From the NCBI GenBank assembly GCA_034428515.1, contig DAOUHQ010000015.1:144660-208659 (forward strand): DNA of 64,000 nt, read 5' to 3'. Under the pieces are notes generated by a model, which was given only the letters and a program-made list of their open reading frames with translations, was not told the origin of the DNA and made no database searches. The first letter of the stretch is position 1; the number at the start of each line of letters is the position of its first letter. Below, in pieces: positions 19,488-30,248 of the stretch. Source of the DNA: Dehalococcoidia bacterium. GTDB lineage: Bacteria > Chloroflexota > Dehalococcoidia > UBA6926. The translations under genes were made by a program, and so were the position numbers.

Positions 19488-20150
19488 CTACTCCTCCAGC
19501 GTCCGAATGTGCGCCACCAGCATCCAGCGCTCGGCTGGCGAGAGCAACTGCGCGAAGCGCGGCATATTCGTCGAACCCTCCCACGCCGACGGGTTTTCCG
19601 CCCACGCCGGAGCAGGGAAATCGCCGTTGCCGCGACTGATGATTCGATACAGATCGCCGGCCGTCCGAGCCTGCGTATCGTCTTCCATCAGGTTCTTCGG
19701 TACTTCCACGCCGGCGGCCTCGAACGCGATCGTGACCTGCAACAGGCCCTCGCCGTCCCCTGCCGCCCCGTGGCACATGGAGCAGTTTCGCTGGAACAGG
19801 AAATCGCCATATTCCAGAACATCGGGCGTAACAACGATCGGGTTGCCTTCGACGCCATTTAGCTCATCGTCCGGCATCAGGTCGAAGTGCTCAAGGCGCA
19901 GATCCGCGTTCAACTGCTCCTCTGGCGCGCCGCCGCTGTTGAAGGCTACCGTGCCGGGCCTCACGGACATGGAGGGCCCTTCCTGCTTGCGTACGGCAGG
20001 GGAGTAGTGCATCTCCTGGAAGAAGTCCACCGGATAGGCGCCCGTCGAGCAGCCGGTGAGCGCGATAACGGCGACCGCCGCAAGCGCGAGCACCATCACG
20101 GCCGTTCGTCGCCCTGGCAAACCCAATTTCTTGTGCGCTCTCTGCATCAC
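19488..20150 (-). CDS. actE: Alternative Complex III monohaem cytochrome c subunit ActE
   Basis: Single CXXCH (CSMCH), signal/lipobox LTGC, last gene of the act cluster. Confidence 0.75.
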   Translation of the reverse strand: MMQRAHKKLGLPGRRTAVMVLALAAVAVIALTGCSTGAYPVDFFQEMHYSPAVRKQEGPSMSVRPGTVAFNSGGAPEEQLNADLRLEHFDLMPDDELNGVEGNPIVVTPDVLEYGDFLFQRNCSMCHGAAGDGEGLLQVTIAFEAAGVEVPKNLMEDDTQARTAGDLYRIISRGNGDFPAPAWAENPSAWEGSTNMPRFAQLLSPAERWMLVAHIRTLEE

Positions 20151-20195
20151 TGCGTCTATCCGCCGTCTCTACTCTCTTGTGTTTCTTTCCTGCAT

Positions 20196-20732
20196 CTATG
20201 CAGGCTCGTTGATGACTTCTTCTGCGCCGCCGCTCTGTAGGGCCTGCTGCGCGTTTCCAATCCTCTCCTGGTCTACCGTGACCAGCAGGCCGATGTAGCC
20301 GAGCGTGATGCGCGCGTCGTATAGAGGACCCGCGCCGCCGGGGCGGGGCAGGCGGCTTTCGAAGATCACGCCGATGACCGTGAAAATCATCGCGACCAAC
20401 AGCGTGAACTCGTACATGATGATCATGCTTGCCGGAATCGCGAGGATGGGCTTGCCTCCTGTCACGAGCGGGAATGCCGTCTGCGTTGCAAACACGAAGA
20501 GGAATGCGGTGATGAAGCCGATAAACCCACCGAACAGGGAGAATCGAAAGAGCTTGTTCTTCTTCACATGCTCTCCGAACGCGCCCTCCGGATACGGATT
20601 ACCGGTCATCACCTCGTAATCGTCACTGGTGAATCCGGCCGCACGCAGGTTGCGTGCTCCTTCCGCGGCGGTGTCCGCGTTTTCGTACAAGCCGAGAACA
20701 CTCTGGTTTGCCATTGCTTCCGCTCCCAACAT
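20196..20732 (-). CDS. actD: ACIII subunit ActD (DUF3341)
   Basis: Soluble N-terminal domain plus TM helices; position in the cluster. Confidence 0.7.
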   Translation of the reverse strand: MLGAEAMANQSVLGLYENADTAAEGARNLRAAGFTSDDYEVMTGNPYPEGAFGEHVKKNKLFRFSLFGGFIGFITAFLFVFATQTAFPLVTGGKPILAIPASMIIMYEFTLLVAMIFTVIGVIFESRLPRPGGAGPLYDARITLGYIGLLVTVDQERIGNAQQALQSGGAEEVINEPA

Positions 20733-20737
20733 GCGGG

Positions 20738-22129
20738 CTACCAGGCCCGCGGCTCCTCTGATTCCCGTACGATCGCGGGCACCGTCACCTCACCGATTTG
20801 AACCTCGGATCGGAAGACCTGCCCCTCCTTTTGCTCCCACGCCGGTACTAACGGCACCAGTTTGGCGAATATGATGAGCAGCATTGCCACCATTCCGAAC
20901 GACGCAAGAACAATTACGCTCTCCGTCAGACTCGGGACATAGTTCGCCCATAAGAATGTCAGCTCCTGTTTCCGTTCAATGGCCGGGATGATGAGGAAGA
21001 ACCTCTCCAGCCACATACCGATGTTGACCAGGATCGACGTCCAGAACATCAAGGCGATGTTCCGGCGGACCTTCCGGTTCAACCATAAAGGTATCGGTAT
21101 CACGTATGAGGTCATCACCATGATGATTGTGATGGCGTTGAACGGCCACTCAAGCAGCCGACGCTCCATCACCGCGATTTCCTGTTCTTCCCGTGTGTAG
21201 AACGAGAAGGCGAAGTCCAGGAAGAAGAAGAACAGCCAGGCGGTCGCGATGAAGATCAGCAGCCGGCCAACAGCATCGAAATGATCCTCCCAGATGAAGT
21301 TTTCAAGCTTGAAGATCCAGCGCATAAACGCCATGAGCGTCAGGACCATGGACACCCCGGAGTGGACTGCGCCGATGACGAAGTACGGCGCGTAGACCGT
21401 AACGTGCCACGCCGGCACCACGGATGCTGCGAAGTCCCATGACACGATGCTGTGGACGGACACGAATACCGGCAGGATCAGGGCGGACATCAGGATTCCG
21501 AAGATTCCCTGCAGCTGCCACTGACGCGGCGTGCCCCGCCAGCCCATCGCCAGCGCTCCGTAGATCGTTCGGCGCATACCCGTGCTCTGGTCGCGGATGA
21601 TCGCGAAGTCTGGAATCAACGCCGTGAAGACGAACAGGATGCTGCCTGTCAGGTACGTCGTAATAGCGACCGGATCCCACACCAGCGGGGAGCGCACGTC
21701 CGGCCATATGCCGCGCGTGAAGTCGTACGGCAGAAGCCAGTAGACGATGCGCCACGGCCGTCCCGCGTGAATCACCGGGTGGATGAGGGAAGTGACGAGG
21801 GCAAAGACCGTCATCACCTCTGCAGCGCGTGTGATCGGACGTTTCCATTCAGCCTGCGTCAGCCGCAGGATGGACGAGATCATTGTTCCGGCGTGGCTGA
21901 CACCAATCCAGAACACAAAGTTGACGATAAAGAATCCCCAGAATGCCGGACGCTGCAAGCCCGTGATCCACAGGCCTTGCCAGATCAGGATGGTGACGGC
22001 GACCGCGCCCGCCATGACGAGGATGAACGGCGGCAGGAAGGCGAGCACATGCCGCCTCCGCAGTTCAAAGACCGGCCAGAGCAACTCGTCGTTGATCTGG
22101 CTGGCCGTCAGGACCGGTCGATCTCGCAT
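20738..22129 (-). CDS. actF: ACIII NrfD/PsrC-like membrane subunit (ActF-like)
   Basis: Polytopic NrfD-like protein, paralogous to the adjacent actC. Confidence 0.75.
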   Translation of the reverse strand: MRDRPVLTASQINDELLWPVFELRRRHVLAFLPPFILVMAGAVAVTILIWQGLWITGLQRPAFWGFFIVNFVFWIGVSHAGTMISSILRLTQAEWKRPITRAAEVMTVFALVTSLIHPVIHAGRPWRIVYWLLPYDFTRGIWPDVRSPLVWDPVAITTYLTGSILFVFTALIPDFAIIRDQSTGMRRTIYGALAMGWRGTPRQWQLQGIFGILMSALILPVFVSVHSIVSWDFAASVVPAWHVTVYAPYFVIGAVHSGVSMVLTLMAFMRWIFKLENFIWEDHFDAVGRLLIFIATAWLFFFFLDFAFSFYTREEQEIAVMERRLLEWPFNAITIIMVMTSYVIPIPLWLNRKVRRNIALMFWTSILVNIGMWLERFFLIIPAIERKQELTFLWANYVPSLTESVIVLASFGMVAMLLIIFAKLVPLVPAWEQKEGQVFRSEVQIGEVTVPAIVRESEEPRAW

Positions 22130-22144
22130 TCCTCTGTCTCTCCG

Positions 22145-23566
22145 CTAGTCCGGCTTCGCCACAATGTGCGCGTGTCCAACACCGAATGGCCTCACCACGC
22201 GCAACAGTAGCGCCTCCCTCGTCTCCCACAGGGAAACGAACGGCACCACTCGCGAGGCCAACAGGATCATCAGGGCAACCGCAGACAGCATTCCGACAAA
22301 TACCAGGATCTCAAGGATGCCGGGGTATCCGATATTCGTCGGTATCTCGTGCAGCTCGTGGCCGCCCACCTGTTCGATTGACCACGTATTTACGTAGATG
22401 CGCAGTCTGTCAAAGAAATTGCCAACTATGATGACCACACCCACAACGGCCGGCCCGAGGATGCTCCGTCTCACCGGATTCCACATGATCAGCAGGAACG
22501 CCGTGATGAACGACAGGCCGATAGCGCCCACAAACATCCAGAGCTGTGGTCGCGCCAGTAAGTTGTCAATCGCAGGGTCGCCAAATGCCAGGAGCGCGAT
22601 AATCTGCTGCTCATGCGGCAGGCGCCCGTACCAGAACAGGATAAATCCGCTCCAGAAGAAATAGAACCAGAACAAGGTCAGCGCCAGCAATAGCCGCCCG
22701 TACGCCCAGAACTGCTCAAGCTCGAAATAACGCGCTAGTCCGCCCCACTTGCGCAGTGCGAATTGCACCACGATGAACAGACCCAAGCCCATCTGCAGGC
22801 CCGTCACGGCGTGGAAAGCGGGGAAGATGGGATCCTTCCAGCCCGGCGTCAGGACCATTGCGAAATCTGTGGCGAACACCATGTGCGTGGTCGCGTACGC
22901 TGCGATGTACATCGCTCCGAGGATTCCGAGTGCCGACTTGTGCATCGCCCATTGCTGAGCAGTGCCGATCCACCCGTATGCGAGCGATGCTGCGACGCCG
23001 CGAGAGCGTCCGCTGCCATGATCGCGCACTGCCGCGAGGTCAGGCAGAACGGACACATAGATGAATGCCAGCCCAATGCACACGAATGCCGTCAGCATGA
23101 TCAGGTCCGGGAACCACGGCCCTAGCCGCCAGTCCATCCACAGGCTGTTGCGTCCCTCAAGGCCCGGATGCGCCGCCATGATCGGCAGGAAGAACACCAG
23201 CATGACGGGCCCGGCCAGTGCGAACAGTTCTGCCGCCCGACTCGTGGGACGCCGCCACTGTGCCCGGGCGAACCGCAGGCCGATACCGGCCATCGGGATG
23301 CCCATCACCAGGGAGAAAACATAGAAATACGCGACGGCGTAGTACTTCCACCGCGTGTGGTCGTCCAGGCCGCCCAGCATCATGAGGATCGCCGCCGTGG
23401 CGCCAAGCGCCGTCAGCAGGGCGAGAATCCACAGCGCGCGGCGCATCCGCGGACCGGTCTGCCGCGCATCATGGATGAGCTCTTGTGTTAGCTCCTCCTG
23501 TGTCGCGGGGGCCCCTGGCGCCTCATGACCGTTGTGGGTGCTGGTCATCCTCTCCTCATTGCTCAA
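22145..23566 (-). CDS. actC: ACIII quinol-interacting NrfD-like membrane subunit ActC
   Basis: Polytopic NrfD-family membrane protein directly downstream of actB. Confidence 0.8.
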   Translation of the reverse strand: MSNEERMTSTHNGHEAPGAPATQEELTQELIHDARQTGPRMRRALWILALLTALGATAAILMMLGGLDDHTRWKYYAVAYFYVFSLVMGIPMAGIGLRFARAQWRRPTSRAAELFALAGPVMLVFFLPIMAAHPGLEGRNSLWMDWRLGPWFPDLIMLTAFVCIGLAFIYVSVLPDLAAVRDHGSGRSRGVAASLAYGWIGTAQQWAMHKSALGILGAMYIAAYATTHMVFATDFAMVLTPGWKDPIFPAFHAVTGLQMGLGLFIVVQFALRKWGGLARYFELEQFWAYGRLLLALTLFWFYFFWSGFILFWYGRLPHEQQIIALLAFGDPAIDNLLARPQLWMFVGAIGLSFITAFLLIMWNPVRRSILGPAVVGVVIIVGNFFDRLRIYVNTWSIEQVGGHELHEIPTNIGYPGILEILVFVGMLSAVALMILLASRVVPFVSLWETREALLLRVVRPFGVGHAHIVAKPD

Positions 23567-23633
23567 TTCGTGTCGATTCTGCCGGTTTCAACGTCTACTT
23601 TGTGAATTCTCTCACTAAACACGCGTCTATGGG

Positions 23634-24371
<738 letters not shown>

Positions 24372-24398
24372 CGCGCTATTCTCCGTCGCCCTTTCTGA

Positions 24399-26651
24399 TT
24401 ACGTGTATTCCACCTGAATGATGTGCGTTCCTTCAAGCTGCTGTCCGGTGAAGCCACCCTCCATGCGCGCCATACGCATCCGGCGACCAAGGGGGCGTAT
24501 TGTCACCGCTGTTGCACCCCACGCTTGCGATCCGGTGCCGTCGACTTCGATGTCTGCCAGAACGGTGTTGACATTACCGTCTGGATTGTCGCCATACCGT
24601 CCGGAAAATGCTCGCCCTCGTCCAAACGGAACAGCGACTACATTCGGCGGAATGCCAGGATGGAGATAAACCGGAACCTCGACAGAGCCACTGTCAGACT
24701 CCAGTGCGACCAGATCGCCATCGCGCAGGCCCAAGCGGGCGGCCTCGCGGCTGTTCACCTCAACCCAACTGTGCCACACCATGGAGGTGACAGGGTCTGG
24801 TGCGGATTGAGCCCACGGCAAGTGCCCAGCGCTGCCATCACCCACAGTAGAGCTTGCGAACGGAATCAGGTGGTATCGATCCGTGTGCTCAGCGATTCTT
24901 TCAGGCATATCGGCGAGCGCCGGGGCGAAATCAAATGTGGGCCGTTCCCAGATGGTCACACCACGTCCAGCGATATTCCACCAACCACCGCGCTGCAGAA
25001 CGCCTGTCGTGAAAGCTGCCAATGTTGAACCCTGAACGGAGCCGCGGCCGGGATTCGCCGCATGCAGGTCCGCGAGAGCATTCAGCACCACCCGTTCCAT
25101 GCTGTCGCCACGCGTCTTTCGGCTCGTTCCACGGGTTTGCATCAGCGAGATCAACACGTCCCCCATTGCTCGAGAGTCATGCACGGCACGCCGTGAACCA
25201 TCAAGCAGGGGCGCGGCAACCGGCTGCTGCACCGTGAGAGCCTCGTAGCCGGGACCGGGGTCAGGCACGTCCGTTCCCCAGGATTCCAGGTAATGCTGAT
25301 CAGGAAGGATAAGATCGGCCATTGCCGTTGTCTCGTTCGGTTCCGACGAGAAACTAACCACGTTTCTGGCACGGCTGAGCGCCTGCCCGAATTTTAGGCT
25401 GGCCAGCGCATGAACCGGATTGGCGCCATCAACGAGCACTAGATCGATGTCTCCGCGATCGAGTCGATTTCGAACACTGCGCCATTCCGAGTACGTCGTC
25501 GGGACTGGCAATTCTCTAAGCTCCGGGAGCGATGTATCGCTGTTGAACTGCACGCCGCCTCGCCTGCCAACACTGCCAAGTACGCCATTGAGAATCATTC
25601 CTGCCTTGGCGTTGAATAGACCGTTCGGTTGGGCAGCGGCAGAGCTGCCGACTAGAACCACCGTTGGGCCGTGAGAAGCGAGGTTGTGCGCGACGTCCGT
25701 GATCATCTGCCCTGTCAACACGCCCGGCGTTGCGCCGAGTTGATCCGCGATCGCATCCGGGCGGTAGGGCGCAAGCGCGGCTTCGCCAAGGCCTTCAGTC
25801 ATGGCATTCACTGTTGTCTCATCAGCGAGCCCTTCATGGGCGAGAACGTAGGCAATGCTGAGAGCCAGAATGCCCTCGCGCCCGGGGGCGATAGGCAACC
25901 ACGTATCCGCATTCGCGGCGGTCATAGAAAATCGGGGGCTGGCATGGACGTGCGTTCCCCTGCTCCTGCCCTCTCCACGACGGAACTGGCCATAGGCCTT
26001 GCTGTAGTGGATTGGCGCGAGCCAGGACTCGAGGAAATCGGCTCCAATTGAAATCACAGAACCCGCATTCGCAATGTCAAAGAAGGGGAGCCTGTCCTGG
26101 CCGAATACGTCTTTGGCTGCCTGCCTGATGGCAGCGTTCTCAAGCGGCTCCAACTGCAAGTGGCGAATGCCGAAACCCTGGGCGAACTCGTTGGTCACTG
26201 CCCCAAGATGGCCCCGATTCGGCCGGGTAATGAGCAGCGTGCGTGACGCGTTTGCTCCACTGAGCAAAGCGTTCAGACGTGCGAGGCCATTGGCCCATGT
26301 GATGCTCTGACCATTCTCCATCGGTCCGCTGAACCTGTCCGGATGGTAAAGAGATTGCACGCCGGCCAGGCAGCCGGGTAGAAGTCCTCCCCGATTCAGT
26401 GGGTGATCAGGGTTGCCTTCAATCTTCTTTGCACGGCCCTCTGCGACGCGAACGAGGATGCCATGACCCTCACCGCATGACACACAGGACGTGGCGTACA
26501 TGTCCTCAAGGCCCTGGGCGAGGTCCTCGGGCAGATCACGCGGACTCTGCTTGATGAGCTCCCGTTCGGGAATGGCGCAACCCGCAAAAAGGACGCCGGC
26601 CACGGATGTGGCTCCGGCTACCCTTAGAAAGTCCCGCCTTGTCAGATCCAT
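24399..26651 (-). CDS. actB: ACIII molybdopterin-oxidoreductase-like subunit (ActB1), Tat-exported
   Basis: Twin-arginine signal MDLTRRDFLRVAGA; complex-iron-sulfur-molybdoenzyme fold, about 750 aa. Confidence 0.85.
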   Translation of the reverse strand: MDLTRRDFLRVAGATSVAGVLFAGCAIPERELIKQSPRDLPEDLAQGLEDMYATSCVSCGEGHGILVRVAEGRAKKIEGNPDHPLNRGGLLPGCLAGVQSLYHPDRFSGPMENGQSITWANGLARLNALLSGANASRTLLITRPNRGHLGAVTNEFAQGFGIRHLQLEPLENAAIRQAAKDVFGQDRLPFFDIANAGSVISIGADFLESWLAPIHYSKAYGQFRRGEGRSRGTHVHASPRFSMTAANADTWLPIAPGREGILALSIAYVLAHEGLADETTVNAMTEGLGEAALAPYRPDAIADQLGATPGVLTGQMITDVAHNLASHGPTVVLVGSSAAAQPNGLFNAKAGMILNGVLGSVGRRGGVQFNSDTSLPELRELPVPTTYSEWRSVRNRLDRGDIDLVLVDGANPVHALASLKFGQALSRARNVVSFSSEPNETTAMADLILPDQHYLESWGTDVPDPGPGYEALTVQQPVAAPLLDGSRRAVHDSRAMGDVLISLMQTRGTSRKTRGDSMERVVLNALADLHAANPGRGSVQGSTLAAFTTGVLQRGGWWNIAGRGVTIWERPTFDFAPALADMPERIAEHTDRYHLIPFASSTVGDGSAGHLPWAQSAPDPVTSMVWHSWVEVNSREAARLGLRDGDLVALESDSGSVEVPVYLHPGIPPNVVAVPFGRGRAFSGRYGDNPDGNVNTVLADIEVDGTGSQAWGATAVTIRPLGRRMRMARMEGGFTGQQLEGTHIIQVEYT

Positions 26652-26687
26652 CTCGCGAAATCCGTTCGTTTCTCTCTCGTCAGTCCC

Positions 26688-27230
26688 TTATGAGTGACAC
26701 GTGGAGCACGTGGTAGGCGCGCTGTTTTCTTTGTGGCAGCCAACGCAGTCCCCCATCTTGAGAATCCGTACCTGTTCAACTTGTCTCATACTTCCCACGT
26801 CGCCGTGGCATTCAGTGCACTCGAAGCCGGCCGTGATGTGAGGCTCGTGTCTGAATTGGGTATGGTCGGGAAGTCGATGCTGCCGTATCCAATTGAGAGG
26901 CTCCCCGGATTCCCACGCGGCACGCAACGGCTCAAGGTTGGGATTTGCAGTGGCTACAGTCTTATGGCAGAACATGCACTGTTCCACAGATGGCACAGTG
27001 GCCGTTCGCGACGTGTCCGCAGCACGGTGGCAGAACTCGCACTCTATGGCAAGCGAGTTCACGTGCTGGTCATGCGGGAACTCCATTTCGTTCTCCGGCA
27101 CGGAATAGACGGCGCCGAGGGCGGCACTTCCTCCGGAAAACGCGACGATGCCGATAACAATCAAGGCAAGGGGAATTGCGATGAGCACGCCGACGACACG
27201 GAGTGGCAAGGCTCCCATTCGTTGTCGCAT
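26688..27230 (-). CDS. actA: ACIII pentahaem cytochrome c subunit ActA
   Basis: Five CXXCH motifs (CEFCH, CMFCH, CTECH, CVGCH, CSTCH) and an N-terminal TM anchor. Start taken at ATG 27230 (MRQRM). Confidence 0.85.
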   Translation of the reverse strand: MRQRMGALPLRVVGVLIAIPLALIVIGIVAFSGGSAALGAVYSVPENEMEFPHDQHVNSLAIECEFCHRAADTSRTATVPSVEQCMFCHKTVATANPNLEPLRAAWESGEPLNWIRQHRLPDHTQFRHEPHITAGFECTECHGDVGSMRQVEQVRILKMGDCVGCHKENSAPTTCSTCHS

Positions 27231-27249
27231 CTGAACGAACGCCCCGTCC

Positions 27250-27549
27250 CTAGATCCAGACCTTCGTGTAGATGGTCCGGACAACTTCGGATTCCGTCAC
27301 GAATCCGACGAAAGCGAATAGGGCAATTGCAGCCGCTGCTGCTGCGGCCATGTAAAAAATCGGTCGAACCCGCTCAACTCGTGGACCAATGTGGCCTGTG
27401 GTGGCGAGTGACGGGATGACGGCGTGGGCGACGAGGAGAGAAAGCGCCATTGCTATGACGGACAGCCACAGAAGCCACAGATAGACCAGCGTGGTCTGAA
27501 TCTGATCCCAATCTGCGGACGTCAATGACTGCGGGTCGATTTCAGTCAC
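27250..27549 (-). CDS. small membrane protein at the head of the act operon (ActG-like?)
   Basis: 99 aa, two or three TM helices, immediately upstream of actA. Confidence 0.4.
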   Translation of the reverse strand: MTEIDPQSLTSADWDQIQTTLVYLWLLWLSVIAMALSLLVAHAVIPSLATTGHIGPRVERVRPIFYMAAAAAAAIALFAFVGFVTESEVVRTIYTKVWI

Positions 27550-27662
27550 GAATCAAGCGCTCCCCGAGAGCAAAGTACGAGTCATTTCAGTAGGAAACGT
27601 TACACGCCGCCGAGAGTCGGTGTCAATCCCCTTTTGACGCGCGGCGAAGAGCTTAAACAACG

Positions 27663-27682
27663 TGCCCTCCACGTGGAGGGCA
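27663..27682. promoter_or_regulatory. perfect 20-bp palindrome TGCCCTCCACGTGGAGGGCA in the act-operon upstream region
   Basis: Seen directly in the sequence; located in the 27550-27772 intergenic region between the act operon and the HIT gene. Confidence 0.3.
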
Positions 27683-27772
27683 AATGCGGAGGCTTGTGCC
27701 AAAAATCACACAGTAGGCTCGAATAACGATGTTTTAGAGGCAATGTGGGCCATTTAAGCGGTCTGCGCTCAT

Positions 27773-28141
27773 TTAGACCCAAAATGGTGAACGCCGAGCT
27801 GCCTCCACGTACATGCCGAGCGGCCGCCCTCCCAACAGGTGCAGGTGACCGTGGGGCTGGGACTGCATGCCGTCCTCGCCGAAATTCGACAGCACCCGGA
27901 AACCGCCGGGGGCGTGCTCCTTGCCGAGCTGGACGGCTAGCGCGGATGCGCGCTCCATGTCGTCTCGCCAGAATTCTTCCTGTGTCTTGTGCTCTTTCGG
28001 GACAATCAGCAGTTGGATGGGCAGCCAGCGCAGGTGGTTGCGAAAGACGATCAAGCTGTCGTCTTCGTGCCAGACCTCGGCCGGTTCCCGGCCTGCGATG
28101 ATTTCACAGAAGACGCAGTACGGTTGGGCAGGACTCGTCAT
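27773..28141 (-). CDS. HIT-family (histidine triad) nucleotide hydrolase
   Basis: HxHxHxx motif HGHLHLLGG. Confidence 0.85.
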   Translation of the reverse strand: MTSPAQPYCVFCEIIAGREPAEVWHEDDSLIVFRNHLRWLPIQLLIVPKEHKTQEEFWRDDMERASALAVQLGKEHAPGGFRVLSNFGEDGMQSQPHGHLHLLGGRPLGMYVEAARRSPFWV

Positions 28142-28150
28142 GCAACAAGT

Positions 28151-29572
28151 CTAACCACGACCGCGACGCGTCCGCGACTCCGACAGCGGCTCGGTCAGGT
28201 TTCGACGGAGCATATAGTTCGGGACATCGATGTTGAACGGAATGCTGAAGGGCGTACCGGCGAGACGCGAGGCGACGCGCGGCTCGTCCTGAGCCAACTC
28301 ATCCAACGAGATGTTCATCGTCACGATGGTTGGTAGGCGGGCGTTGTAGCGGAAGTTGATGATCTGAAAGAGCTTTTCGCGAGCCCACGCCGTGGTGGCA
28401 TGGGCACCAAGATCGTCCATCACCAGAAGCGGGACGGTCCGCACGCCCTCAAAGAGTTCGTCATATGAGACATCACTCTGCGGGCCAAAGGTATAGCGCA
28501 GGTGATCCAGCAGGTCTGCCACGACCACAAAGAGGGTTTCGACTCCGTTGGCGCGGCAGTGGTTTGCGATGGCAGCGGCGAGGTGAGTTTTGCCAACACC
28601 GTTTTCGCCGGTAAAGACCAGCCAGCCGTCGGGCTGCTCTGCATAGCTTCGTGACATCTTGAGCGCACCTTCGAGGCTCTGGCGCTGGCGACGTTCCAAA
28701 GCGTCATTGTTGCGACCATCGAAGTTCGCGAACGTCATGTCTTTGAATCGAGGGAGCTCCAGCGCGTCCGTCACGGGGAGGCGAGCGCCGGCCGCGCCCG
28801 TGGCAAGCACCGTTGCAAGGCCGGGAGCAGTGAGGCGGCTTAGAAGTTGCGGTTCCATTTCTATGAGGGGCTTGCTGAGGGTTACGACGGTCGGGCGGCG
28901 CTCAATGAATCGTTGATTGAATACCTGGAAGAGTTTTTCCTGCGCCCACGGCGTTGCCGAATGAACACCGAGGTCGTCAAGGATGAGCAGCGGCGCTTCC
29001 TTGACCTGCTCAAAGAGGGAATCAAACGGTGTCTCTGCGTTTGGGGCGTATGCAGCCCTAAGGTAGTCGAGAAAATCGGGCACTGATACGAGGAGCGCCG
29101 GAATACCGCGGCCGATGACATCGTTGGCGACGGCGGCAGCGAGATAGGTTTTGCCGCTTCCGGAGGGACCGTGGAGAACAAGCCAGCCATCAGGGTCTGC
29201 GGCGTACTCTTTCGCTTGTGAGAGAGCGTTCACATAGGTTTCGTTCCTATCGTTCGTCGACCGCTCAAGCTCGGACTCGAGGGTTTGAAAGGTTACGTTG
29301 GCAAACGGCTCAAGCTGTCCGTAGCGCTGCAGCCGACGGAGACGGTCGCGCTTGAGTTCCTCTGCCCGGCAGGCGCAGGGAATCACCTTCCCGAATTCGG
29401 GATCATCGAGCGGCAGGTCACGGCTGACCCACCCCATGCCGTTACAGACGGGGCAGCGGTCAGTGTCCGGAGCCTCTTCGCGTTCGGGAGCGTCAGCGCC
29501 AGCGGACGACCTGGCCGTATTCCCCTCCGCGATAGCGGTCCTTCGCAGGACGTCGCTGAGTCGTTCCATCTC
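28151..29572 (-). CDS. helicase-loader-like protein with N-terminal zinc ribbon and two tandem DnaC/DnaI-type AAA+ modules
   Basis: CPVCNGMGWV...CAC; Walker A twice (GPSGSGKTYLAAAVA and GENGVGKTHLAAAIA), each followed by a DExD-like LLILDDLG / LLVMDDLG. The ORF opens at 29830, but ATG 29572 (MERLSDVL) minimises overlap with the upstream gene. Confidence 0.7.
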   Translation of the reverse strand, partial: EMERLSDVLRRTAIAEGNTARSSAGADAPEREEAPDTDRCPVCNGMGWVSRDLPLDDPEFGKVIPCACRAEELKRDRLRRLQRYGQLEPFANVTFQTLESELERSTNDRNETYVNALSQAKEYAADPDGWLVLHGPSGSGKTYLAAAVANDVIGRGIPALLVSVPDFLDYLRAAYAPNAETPFDSLFEQVKEAPLLILDDLGVHSATPWAQEKLFQVFNQRFIERRPTVVTLSKPLIEMEPQLLSRLTAPGLATVLATGAAGARLPVTDALELPRFKDMTFANFDGRNNDALERRQRQSLEGALKMSRSYAEQPDGWLVFTGENGVGKTHLAAAIANHCRANGVETLFVVVADLLDHLRYTFGPQSDVSYDELFEGVRTVPLLVMDDLGAHATTAWAREKLFQIINFRYNARLPTIVTMNISLDELAQDEPRVASRLAGTPFSIPFNIDVPNYMLRRNLTEPLSESRTRRGRG

Positions 29573-30224
29573 CCCTACCCCTATCTCTCCAGTTGCGAAG
29601 AACCGAGCGCACGTACGCCCAGCGCCGCGCATTCTGTGCTGCCGCCTCCTGAAAGGCTTCTCGTATCCATATGGCGGGATACTCTTGTTCCGCCTCAGAA
29701 AGTTCCTGTGCGATACCCGCCCCGGGAATCGGTCCGATGGTGTCTTCGTACAGGCGGAATATCTCGCCGGGCTGCGACGGAGGCTCCTCCGGTTGGGCTC
29801 TCGCCGGCTGCGATGATAGTGCCGCATCACCGGCCTTGACCCGCTCGGCGCCCCGCCTGCCCTCCGAGTCGTTCACAAAATATGCCACGTCGCCATCGCC
29901 AAGTGGAACCCCAAGAAACACGCCGACACGCACAAAACCGGCCATGACACTTTGGACAGCTTCCTGAGGGCCGTCATCCTCTTTCACCAGTTCGGGAGCA
30001 CCACCGTCTGACAACTCGCCAAGCTCCGGGGCGTTCGTCAATTCGCTGCTAGTGACGAACCTGATCGCCCCTTTGCGACTTCGGATGCGGCGCAGGGCAA
30101 CCAGAAAGGTCTTTATCTCAGCAACACTGTTGAGCTGTGGGAGGATCTCGCTGAAGAATGCCTCCGGCACCGGTGTTGCCTGTGTCGGCGTGGGAAAGCC
30201 CTGAAACTCCTCGATATCACGCAT
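29493..30224 (-). CDS. DnaD-domain replication initiation protein (Bacillus DnaB/DnaD-like)
   Basis: Winged-helix N-terminus plus a DnaD-like C-terminal helical domain; sits between the dnaC-like gene and the dnaB helicase. Confidence 0.65.
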   Translation of the reverse strand: MRDIEEFQGFPTPTQATPVPEAFFSEILPQLNSVAEIKTFLVALRRIRSRKGAIRFVTSSELTNAPELGELSDGGAPELVKEDDGPQEAVQSVMAGFVRVGVFLGVPLGDGDVAYFVNDSEGRRGAERVKAGDAALSSQPARAQPEEPPSQPGEIFRLYEDTIGPIPGAGIAQELSEAEQEYPAIWIREAFQEAAAQNARRWAYVRSVLRNWRDRGRGDGTTQRRPAKDRYRGGEYGQVVRWR

Positions 30225-30248
30225 GGCGTTCTGTCCGGCGATTCATGG

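Noticed and set aside
29493-29830. Apparent 338-nt overlap of the DnaC-like ORF (to 29830) with the DnaD-like gene
   Set aside because: Resolved by using the internal ATG at 29572 (MERLSDVL). The upstream extension is basic, low-complexity read-through
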